NCBI RefSeq assembly: GCF_964355755.1
Contig: NC_092673.1
Span: 6,572,001-6,636,000 of the forward strand
Length of the DNA: 64,000 nucleotides
Direction: 5' to 3'
Source of the DNA: Antedon mediterranea
Taxonomy: Eukaryota; Animalia; Echinodermata
Shown: in pieces, positions 37,375-48,924 of the stretch
Numbering within the stretch: position 1 is the first letter of the stretch
How the letters are laid out: each line of letters opens with the position of its first letter
The notes under the pieces: model-generated
Told to the model about the DNA's origin: nothing
Databases searched by the model: none
Seen by the model: only the letters and a program-made list of their open reading frames with translations
Made by a program: the position numbers and the translations under genes

Positions 37375-40300
37375 CATAAAGTAAGGAAAATATGTTTTTT
37401 CCGTTTTACAGATAATTTTCTAATACTCACAGCTCTAACTGGCACTGTATATTTTCTGTACAACTACAATCTAAAAAATAAAAGGAAAATCATTAATAAT
37501 GGCAATAAACAACATTAACACTTTTTCAAAATCAACATGCTTCTTAATCAATGTCTGAAAAATTAAGAAATTTTCTCAAAATGAATTTGGGTATTAGACA
37601 GCTGGTTAGGGCCTACATGTTGTCTCAATGCTAATTTCATTTAATATTTTATTCACAAACCATAAAATCTGATTTATGTAAATGTTTCATAATAGAACGT
37701 GCCTACAAAATAACAGGCAACGGTTCACAAAGTAAAGAAAATATGTTTTATCCGTTTAACAGATAATCTACTAATACTCACAGCTGTAGCTGACACTGTA
37801 TATGTTCTACAATCTAAAAAAAAAAACAAGGAAAAACATTAATAATTGGCAATAAACAACAATAATACTTTTTCCAAATCAACATGCTTCTTAATCAATG
37901 TCTGAAAAATTAAGAAATTCCTCAAAATGACTTTGGGTATGAGACAGCTGGTTAGGCCTACATGTTGTCTTAATGCTAATTTCATTTAATATTTTATTCA
38001 CAAACCATAAAATCTGAATGATGTAAATGTTACATAATAGAAAATGCCTACAAAATAACAGGCAACGGTTCACAAAGTAAAGAAAATATGTTTTCTCCGT
38101 TTAGCAGATAATCTACTAATACTCACAGCTGTAGCTAACACTGTATATTTTCTACAATCTAAAAAAACAAAACAAGGAAAAACATCAATAATTGGCAATA
38201 AACAACATTAACACTTTTTCCAAATCAACATGCTTCTTAATCGAGGTCTGAAAAATTAAGAAATTTCCTTAAAATGACTTTAGGTATGGGACGGCTGGTT
38301 AGGGCCTACATGTTGTCTCAATGCTAGTTTCATTTAATATTTTATTCACAAACCATAAAATCTGAATTATGTAAATGTTTCATAATAGAAAATGCCTACA
38401 AAATAACAGGCAACTGTTCACAAAGTAAGGAAAATATGTTTTCTCCGTTTAACAGATAATCTACTAATACTCACAGCTGTAGCTAACACTGTATATTTTC
38501 TACAATCTAAAAACAACAAGGAAAAACATTGATAATGGCAAAAAACAACATTAACCCTTTTGTTAAATCAACAAGCTTCTTAATCAATGTCTGAAAAATT
38601 AAGAAATTTCCTCAAAATAACTTTGGGTATGGGCCGGCTGATTGGGGTCTACATGTTGTCTCAAAACTACTTTCATTTAATATCTTATTCACAAACCATA
38701 AAATCTGAATTATGTAAATGTTTCATAATATAAAATGCCTACAAAATAACAGGCAACAGTTCACAAAGTAAGGAAAATATGTTTTCTCTGTTTAACAGAT
38801 AATCTACTAATACTCACAGCTGTAGCTGACACTGTATATTTTCTACAATCTAAAAAAACAAAACAAGGAAAAACATCAATAATTGGCAATAAACAACATT
38901 AACACTTTTTCCAAATCAACATGCTTCTTAATCGAGGTCTGAAAAATTAAGAAATTTCCTTAAAATGACTTTAGGTATGGGACGGCTGGTTAGGGTCTAC
39001 ATGTTGTCTCAATACTACTTTCATTTAATATCGTATTCACAAACCATAAAATCTAAATTATTTAAATGTTTCATAATATAAAATGCCTACAAAATAACAG
39101 GCAACAATTCACAAAGTAAGGAAAATATGTTTTCTCCGTTTAACAGATAATCTACTAATACTCACAGCTGTAGCTGAAACTGTTAATTTTCTACAATCTA
39201 AAAAAAACAAGGAAAAACATTAATAATGGCAATAAACAACATTAATACTTTTTCCAAATCAACATGCTTCTTAATCAATGTCTAAAAAATTAGGAAATTT
39301 CCTCAAAATGACTTTGGGTATGGGCCGGCTGATTGCGGCCTACATGTTGTCTCAATGGTAATTTCATTTAATTGTTTGATCACAAACAATAAAATCTGAA
39401 TGATGTAAATGTTTCATAATAGAAAATGCCTACAAAATAACAGGCAACAGTTCACAAAGTAAGGAAAATATGTTTTCTCCGTTTAACAGATAATCTACTA
39501 ATACTCACAGCTGTAGCTGAAACTGTTAATTTTCTACAATCTAAAAAAAACAAGGAAAAACATTAATAATGGCAATAAACAACATTAATACTTTTTCCAA
39601 ATCAACATGCTTCTTAATCAATGTCTAAAAAATTAGGAAATTTCCTCAAAATGACTTTGGGTATGGGCCGGCTGATTGCGGCCTACATGTTGTCTCAATG
39701 GTAATTTCATTTAATTGTTTGATCACAAACAATAAAATCTGAATGATGTAAATGTTTCATAATAGAAAATGCCTACAAAATAACAGGCAACAGTTCACAA
39801 AGTAAGGAAAATATGTTTTCTCTGTTTAGCAGATAATCTACTAATACTCACAGCTGTAGCTGACACTGTATGTTTTCTACAATCTAAAAAAAAAACAAGG
39901 AAAAACATTAATAATTGGCAATAAACAACATTAACACTTTTTCCAAATCAACATGCTTCTTAATCGAGGTCTGAAAAATTTAGAAATTCCTCAAAATGAC
40001 TTTGGGTATGAGACAGCTGGTTAGGGCCTACATGTTTTCTCAATGCTAATTTCATTTAATATTTTATTCACAAACCATAAAATCTGAATGCTGTAAATGT
40101 TTCATAATAGAAAATGCCTACAAAATAACAGGCAACTGTTCACAAAGTAAGGAAAATATGTTTTCTCCGTTTAACAGATAATCTACTGATACTCACAGCT
40201 ATAGCTAACACTGTATATTTTCTATAATCTAAAAACAACAAGAAAAAACATTGATAATGGCAATAAACAACATTAACCCTTTTGCTAAATCAACATGCTT

Positions 40301-41696
40301 CTTTATCAATGTCTGAAAAATTAAGAAATTTTCTCAAAATAACTTTGGGTATGGGCCGGCTGATTGGGGTATACATGTTGTCTCAATACTAATTTCATTT
40401 AATATCTTATTCACAAACCATAAAATCTGAATTATGTAAATGTTTCATAATATAAAATGCCTACAAAATAACAGGCAACAGTTCACAAAGTAAGGAAAAT
40501 ATGTTTTCTCCGTTTAACAGATAATCTACTAATACTCACAGCTGTAGCTGAAACTGTTAATTTTCTATAATTTAAAAAAAACAAGGAAAAACATTGATAA
40601 TGGCAATAAACAACATTAACACTTTTTCCAAATCAACATGCTTCTTAATCGAGGTCTGAAAAATTAAGAAATTCCTCAAAATGACTTTGGGTATGAGACA
40701 GCTGGTTACGGCCTACATGTTGTCTCAATGCTAATTTCATTTATTATTTTATTCACAAACCATAAAATCTGAATGCTGTAAATGTTTCATAATAGAAAAT
40801 GCCTACAAAATAACAGGCAACTGTTCACAAAGTAAGGAAAATATGTTTTCTCCATTTAACAGATAATCTACTAATACTCACAGCTGTAGCTAACACTGTA
40901 TATTTTCTACAATCTAAAAACAACAAGGAAAACATTGATAATGGCAATAAACAACATTAACCCTTTTTCCAAATCAACATGCTTCTTAATTAATGTCTGA
41001 AAAATTAGGAAATTTCCTCAAAATGACTTTGGGTATGGGCCGGCTGATTAGGGCAAGCAACAGTTCACAAAGTAAGGAAAATATGTTTTCTCCATTTAAC
41101 AGATAATCTACTAATACTCACAGCTGTAGCTGAAACTGTTAATTTTCTACAATCTAAAAAAAACAAGGAAAAACATTGATAATGGCGATAAACAACATTA
41201 ACACTTTTTCCAAATCAACAAGCTTCTTAATCAATGTCTGAAAAATTAAGAAATTTCCTCAAAATAACTTTGGGTATGGGCCGGCTGATTGGGGTCTACA
41301 TGTTGTCTCAATACTACTTTCATTTAATATCTTATTCACAAACCATAAAATCTGAATTATTTAAATGTTTCATAATATAAAATGCCTACAAAATAACAGG
41401 CAACAGTTCACAAAGCAAGGAAAATATGTTTTCTCCGTTTAACAAATAATCTACTGATACTCACAGCTGTAGCTGAAACTGTATATTTTCTACAATCTAA
41501 AAAAAACAAGGAAAAACATTGATAATGGTAATAAACAACATTAACACTTTTTCCAAATCAACAAGCTTCTTAATCAATGTCTGAAAAATTAAGAAATTTC
41601 CTCAAAATAACTTATTTTATTCACAAACAATAAAATCTGAATTATGTAAATGTTTCATAATAGAAAATGCCTACAAAATAACAGGCAACAGTTCAC
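37375..41696. repeat. ~345-bp satellite array, about 13 units, inside the Helentron
   Basis: The tactcacagctgtagct anchor recurs about every 343-350 bp from ~37425 to ~41465; internally deleted units at ~41050 and ~41610. Confidence 0.95.
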
Positions 41697-42721
41697 TCCC
41701 AATCATGAAACCATTAATCATCTCTACAAACTATTTATTTAATATACACTACTTACAATATTCTAGAGATACTAAAGTAGAAACAATTGTGTATCTCTTC
41801 CAACAGCTACAAGACAAAAATATATTATTATTATAAATATCAATACAAATTGTGATCAAAACATCCACAATATTTGTAACAATGACAGGTGCGAAAGGGA
41901 ACTGCGCTGACCTACGTCACTACTACTAGGACTACTGGAGTAAGCCTAGACAACATGCTATTGTAAGAAGAACGAGTCATTGTTTCTTCTCTTTAAGAAT
42001 TTATACAACTAAAAATTAAGCTAGAGTTAATATAATATAAGCAAGGTGCAAAAGGGAACTAGCGCCGTTTAGTCCTACTAAAAACAGCAAGTATTCTTGT
42101 ACAGGCTAGGCCTAGGTACACTATGAATGTAGCAGACATATTTGTTCGTATTTACCGGGACCGTATTTAACATACACATGGCCATACACGATTGTCGTGC
42201 TGCTACGAAAGCCATCGGGCTGAAAAACGTCACGACGTTTGCCGGCCATCTCTGAAAGTCTGACATCCTTCCGTATATCTATAGGCTAGTAGGCTAGGGT
42301 ATCGTTAGTAAGTAGAAATTACAAAACAACTACAAATCAAACAATCCACATAATTTCTTACCTATTTCTTATAGTATATCAATTCTCAACAAACTTGAGT
42401 TTGTTATTTATTTATTTAATCGTTGAAGTTCGACGATATAAAATGGTATTTGTAACAATATTATCAGAGAGCGACTCTTAAAAACCAACATGGAGTTTAC
42501 CAACGACATACCACAACACAACACGTTGTCGAATTTTCTCGAAATTCGGTTCACCTACAGTATGGCATGCAATCCTCGCCAAAATTACCAATATTTAACG
42601 AATAACGAAAATTAGTTTTCACGTCAGACCTATTATATGTATTCTACGTGTATATTAGACGTTGCGTTTTCGCGGATAACCTAACTCGTCCGCAGTGACG
42701 AGTTCAAATCTAGTCTTTTTT

Positions 42722-43931
42722 GGTTATCCGCACTTGGCGGATAACCTCTTGTTATTGTCATGATCTTTTTTTTTTTTTTTTTTTTTTTCTTTCTTATTCT
42801 TCTTTCTTTCCCAGAATTTTGTTGCGCGTGTATCTCTAAATCTTCTCAACATAACATTTTGTAACTTTATCAGAAGATTGATCTCTATCTGAATATGTCG
42901 TAATAAGGTTTTCGGTACCGTCCGGGTTGCGCAGCGTAAGTTACGCGCGATTTTATGAATTTTGCGTATTTAATTTAGATCGAAAACTATTAAACCATTT
43001 ACATTGGAACTTGGCAAAAGTTTAATTTATATCATGCGCTAACTTTCTATGGAGAGAAAATGGCATGTTTTAAAGAAAGTTACGCGCGCACGCGCGTTTA
43101 AAATTTCAAAATGCGAAAAATCAATTTCTAATCAACTTTCTACGCGTTTCATGTCATTTTGAGCATTTCAAAAAATCCCACGCGTGCGCACTTTTCTTAC
43201 GCGCGCGTGCGCACGTAGCGCAAAAACATCTATTTTTTCCTTGATTTTTGTTTTTCCAGCCTTTTCTAGTAAATTTACCAGTTTTCAATCAATTTCGACT
43301 TAAAATCACGTCATACGAGCACGTAGAATTGAACAATTTGCGCGCGTTTTTGATGAAAAAGTTAAAAAATTCGTGAAAATTATGCCTTTTTTTAAAAAGT
43401 CATAGATTCTAAAGTCCGTGGTGAAAATTTTGAAAATTTCAGATTGTGGAAGTAGATGAGTTGTAGATATCATATCATGCATCGATATGGCTAACCGGAC
43501 ATTGTGACGTCAACGTATGGCCACTCGAATATAAAATATAGGATTTTTGTCTCTTTCTCATAGCTCATCACATTTAATAGAGCGCATCTCCACTTATCCG
43601 TATTCCATTTCCCCCATTTTGTTATATTGTCTAGGCCAATCAATTATCTTTCGCATAATCTACCATTTTTTAAATTGTGATGACGTCATCATGTCCAAAA
43701 GCGTCAATAACTTGGGTCCCTTATTTTCACCTATTCTGCACTGTATGTTGTACGTATACAGAATATAGTGTATACCGTATATACTTTGACGTGACACAAA
43801 ATAGAGAGCGCACTAACATTTTTTCAATGGCATAATCGTTTTTCTGCGCGCAATATTCTAACGTATGACGTGCACGTGGCCTTTGCGCTGCGGATAACCT
43901 AACTCGTCCGAAGTGACGAGTTCAAATCTAG
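42722..43931 (+). mobile_element. Complete non-autonomous HINE (E5), ~1.21 kb
   Basis: Left end at 42722; right end CTAG at 43928-43931. Confidence 0.9.
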
Positions 43932-46255
43932 TTTTCTTTCTTATTCTTCTTTCTTTCCCAGAATTTTGTTGCGCGTGTATCTCTAAATCTTCACAACATA
44001 ACATTATATAACTTTATCAAAAGATTTACCTCTATCTGAAGATGTCGTAATAAGGTTTTCGGTACCGTCCGAGTTGCGCAGCGTAAGTTACGCGCGATTT
44101 TATGAATTTCGAGAATGTCATTTAGATCGAAAACTATTAAACCATTTAAATTGAAACTTGGCAAAAGTTTAATTTATATCATGCGCTAAATTTCTATGGA
44201 GAGAAAATTGCATGTTTTACATAAAGTTACGCGCGCACGCGCGTTTAAAATTTCAAAATGCGAAAAATCAATTTCTAATCAACTTTCTACGCGTTTCATG
44301 TCATTTTGAGCATTTCAAAAATTCCCACGCGTGCGCACTTTTCTTACGCGCGCGTGCGCACGTAGCGCAAAAACATCTTTTTTTTGCTTGATTTTTGTTT
44401 TTCCAGCCTTTTCTAGTAAATTTACCAATTTTCAATCAATTTCGACTTAAAATCACGTCATACGAGCACGTAGAATTGAACAATTTGCGCGCCTTTTTGA
44501 TGAAAAAGTTTAAAAATTCGTGAAAATTATGCCTTTTTTAAAAAAGTCATAGATTCTAAACTACGTAGTGAACTTTTTTTAAATTACATATTCTGGAAGT
44601 AGATGAGTTGTAGATATTGAATCATGCATCAATATAGCTAACCGGACATTGTGACGTCATCGTATGGCCACTCAAATATAAAATATAGGATTTTTGTCTC
44701 TTTCGTCATAGCTCATCACATTTAATAGAGCGCATCTCCACTTATCCGTATTCCATTTCTCCCCATTTTTACATATTGTCTAGGCCAATGAATTATCTTT
44801 CGCATGATATATCGTTTTTAAAATTGTGATGACGTCATCATGTCCAAAAGCGTCAATAACTTTGGTCACTTCTTTTCACCTTTTCTGCACTGTATGTAGT
44901 ACGTATACAGTATATAGTGTATACCGTATATACTTAGACGTGACACAAAATAGAGGGCACACTAACATTTTTTTCAATGGCATAATCGTTTTTCTGCGCG
45001 CAATATTCTAACTTATATCGTGCGCGTGGCTTTTGCGCTGCGGATAACCTAACTCGTCCGAAGTGACGAGTTCAAATCTAGTTTTTTTTTTATTTTTTTT
45101 CTTTTTTTTCTTTTTTCTTCTTTCTTTCCCAGAATTTTGTTGCGCGTGTATCTCTAAATCTTCTTAACATAACATTGTATAACTTTATCAGAAGATTGAC
45201 CTCTATCTGAAGATGTCGTAATAAGGTTTTCGGTCCCGTCCGAGTTGCGCAGCGTAAGTTACGCGTGATTTTATGAATTTCAATTATTGATCATAGATTA
45301 AAAACCAAAAGTCATTTTGTATTGAAACTTGGTGAAAATTTAAGTCATATTAAGCGCAAACTTTCTATGGATTAAAAATGGCAGGTTGTGCAGTAAGTTA
45401 CGCGCGCACGCGCGTTTAAAATTTCAAAATGCGAAAAATCAACTTCTAATCAACTTTCTACGCGTTTCATGTCATTTTGAGCATTTCAAAAATTCCTACA
45501 CGTGCGCATTTTTTTTACGCGCGCGTGCGCACGTAACGCAAAAACATCATTTTTTGGCTTGAATTTTGTTTTTCCTGTCTTTTTTTAGTAGATTTACCAA
45601 CTTTCAAACAATTTCGACTAAAAATCACGTCATACGAGCACGTAGAATTGAAAAATTTGCGCGCGTTTTTGATGAAAAAGTTAAAAAATTCGTGAAAATT
45701 ATGCCTTTTTTAAAAAAGTCATAGATTGTAAACTACGTGGTGAACTTTTTTAAAATTACATATTCTGGAAGTTGATTAGTTGTAGATTTCGAATCATGCA
45801 TCGATATGGCGAACCGGACATTGTGACGTCATCGTTTGGCCACTCAAATATGAAATATAGGATTTTTGTCTCTTTCGTCATAGCTCGTCACATTTAATAG
45901 AGCGCATCTCCCCTTATCCGTATTCCATTGCCCTCTATTTTTTATATTGTCTAGGTCAATCAATTATCTTTCGCATGATTCACCATTTTTAAAATTTTTA
46001 TGACGTCATCTTGTTCAAAAGCGTCAATAACTTTGGTCCCTTATTTTCACCTATTCTGAACTGTACGTAGTACATATACAGTATATAGTACATACTGTAT
46101 ATACTCAGACGTGACACAAAATAGAGAGCGCACTAACATTTTTTCAATGTCATTAATCGTTTTTTTTTTGCGCGCAATATTCTAACGTATGACGTGCACG
46201 TGGCTTTTGCGCCGCGGATAACCTAACTCGTCCGTAGTGACGAGTTCAAATCTAG

Positions 46256-47624
46256 TTTCGAACTGTTTTTGTCGTAGCTCTATCATCTCTGACTTTATTT
46301 TGTCAACATAATCCTCAATTTCCATGTTTCCTTTTCTTAGTAGCCGATGCTGTTCTTTAATATTCTCTCCGACGCTTACTGCAATCAATTGCAAAGGTAG
46401 CTCATGTTCTTTCCCATTTAGATACACACGCTTTAGCAACATGTTTACGCTCTGTTTTGCTTCGACACAGTCTGGCAAATCTTCATCAACGTGGAAATTC
46501 ATCTTGCGTGCTACTTCGCTGCACAACTCAATACTCCTATTCGGTACGACATTCCGATGAACTCCTTCGAAATATAAGTTAAGAAATTTCCATATTTCCC
46601 GACTTACTTTGAACTGGTTCTTGTTTGACGCATTGACACGTGCTATTTGTTTTGCACCCCGACTAGTAGATGACTTCTCAATTTTAAGAATCGATTCTGT
46701 GAATGTTTGTCCAGGATTTCCATCTAAGACGAAAATAACAAGACCATTTTGCTCGTACAATGTTTTCAGTAACACTGCATCATGTTCTTTAAAATCATCA
46801 GATGACACAAATGCAATAGTGACCAGTGATATCTCAGACAAAAATTGTGTCTGAGATCGGAAATCTGATGAATTTCCTCGTAGATTTATAAACGTAAGTG
46901 CATCTGAACAAGTATTCTTATTTGTCTCGTTTGGAAGGTACCATGTCATTTCTAATAATCCATCTGACAGATTTCTTTGTAAATGACCTCCTTTGCATTC
47001 TGAATGAAAGAAAATATCATGTCTTTGCTCATTTATGATACAGTTGACAATTTTAGATTTTGACATTCGAGGTCTACCTATGCGAAGAGCAGACACAATA
47101 GGAAGTTCGTGAGCGGTCATAAACTTTTCACAAGAAAACCCTGAACTTATTTTCCACTTCTTTCTAATTGTGGCTGTCCCCCAAACAAGCATCTCCCATT
47201 GTTTGTCTTTAACTGGTATCAGTAACGGAATAGCCAACTGACAAGTGGACAATTTATCAATTAATGTTTGCCTTAAGAAATTGTCACAGCACAAGAAAAT
47301 AGCCACTAGTGCATCTAGTGGACTTACTTCGTCACAATGATCTACGTCTTCTGAATAGTCTTGTAGAAAAGAAGACATTGAAAATGCAGCAGCACTAGAA
47401 AGTGATTGAATTTGATCTAAATCATAGCATCTTCCCTCATATTTGCACATTAGCAGATTTTGTAAAATATACCAGGGTATTTTGCCAGGATCGCTGAGTT
47501 CATCTGGTGTAATCACATTTTTAGAAACTACAAGTACTTCTTCCCGAGTTAGTTTTTTAGGATAGTAGTCATGTAGTTGCAGATGTTCAACAACCTGCTG
47601 TTGTATGTCAATTTCAGTCGCCAT
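46256..47624 (-). pseudogene. VLIG/GVIN-like GTPase copy 2, 5' part
   Basis: Paralogous to aa 1-~456 of copy 1 (MATEIDIQQQVV...LRQKQFE), then reads into the element end (TRFELVTTDELGYP...) and stops at 46182. Confidence 0.92.
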
Positions 47625-48924
47625 CTCATTTAATTAGTTAAGCTTATGATATTATGACCATCAATCTAATAATCAAAATAAAACGAGTAAAATAGATCGG
47701 GATAAAACTACCATCAAGCACAATTTATAAACAAAGATATAAGTAAATACAAAACAAATAAAAACAAATAAGATTTATCTTACTGAGGGTAACTTCACCT
47801 TGATCGAAGCGAAATTTTACCAAATCACCATATTCACTGAGTTTAATCTGAAATACAATTTTAAAGACAAACCAATTAAAGAATTTTGTTTTTCTATTAG
47901 GTTAAGGCAGAAACTATAGAGGGCGTGCATATATCATGAATATTCATGATGCATGCCTGAGCTCATGACGTCATACTTGCAAAACACACTGTTTTCTGAT
48001 GCACGTTCGCAGTGCAGCCGGATTGGAGTTACTGTACTCTTTTTCTCTCGATGTTGTTGTTAAAGACACTGCAATTGTTGACGTTTTGTAAAAATTATAA
48101 TGCATATATATATATATAACTTTAAAAACAATAAACCAGGTCATTTCTTGTCTTAAGTGTGCGTTTTATTAAGGTTAATTATGATAAAAAGAATAAAAAA
48201 CAATGCACTACCAAAGTAGCTCGCGTCGAAAGTTAAAAAGAAAATAAGATAATTATTAGAACAAAGTAAACAAATATGTTGACGCCTATTAATTAAGTAT
48301 TGTTTAGAAGACAAAATATTACTGTAGGCCTACTTGGTTTCAAAGAATCTCAACGACCAGGTTATAATAGTGCTGGCCTCCACAGGCCTATACTGTACTA
48401 TACTGCACAAATATATATATATATAAGCATATATCTAATTACATTTTTAGAACTAAATATGGTTCCATATGTTTTATTTCAATGGAGATAGACATATCGA
48501 TTATGAACCTGGTTTGTTGAATATGTCACTGAGAAAATACTATACTTTTACATACCGATCTAATTCCATTTAAAGGTTAACCCTTTGTCTTAAAGTGTAC
48601 AAACAACTACAAAACCTATATTATAATATCAATACCCATAGTTATTTGTGACAGTAAATTAGGAATAGTACGACTAGTTTAACAAGAAATACTGAATACA
48701 TACAGTACGGTAGGCCTATGTTACGTACGTAACAAATTAATTATAAAAAGGACTAGAATTATGTTCCAAATTTAAACGAGGAGGGCCACACAGTTTTTAC
48801 AAAATATACAGTATTTGTTAGGTTTAAGTTTACTCGCTTCTATTTTTCGCGCCGTGGCTTTAGCCAGCTAAAACCCCAGAGGACATAATCAATAAGAAAC
48901 TTTATCAACGCGAAAGCTATATAT

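Larger units (their letters stand above)
22881..42713 (+). mobile_element. Autonomous Helentron (Helitron2-type) E4, ~19.8 kb
   Basis: Left end at 22881; right subTIR/stem-loop/CTAG at 42672-42713, preceded by non-HINE sequence; contains an intact Rep-helicase-endonuclease ORF. Confidence 0.88.
22827..45081 (+). mobile_element. HINE (E3) split by E4 and E5
   Basis: Left end at 22827; a headless body that starts with the T-tract and has an intact right end lies at 43932-45081. Confidence 0.8.
21547..46255 (+). mobile_element. Outer HINE (E1) and whole nested Helentron cluster
   Basis: Left end ggttatccgc-acttg-gcggataacc at 21549; its own body and right end (gcggataacc-t-aactcgtc-N6-gacgagtt-caaatctag) are at 45082-46255. 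Removing it rejoins the GTPase frame. Confidence 0.9.

Noticed and set aside
37375-41696. CRISPR-like or spacer-bearing array
   Set aside because: Units are homologous along their full ~345 bp with no unique spacers; eukaryotic context and no cas genes.
46182-47624. Independent 480-aa gene
   Set aside because: It is the 5' half of GTPase copy 2; the last ~24 aa are read-through into the element's right end.
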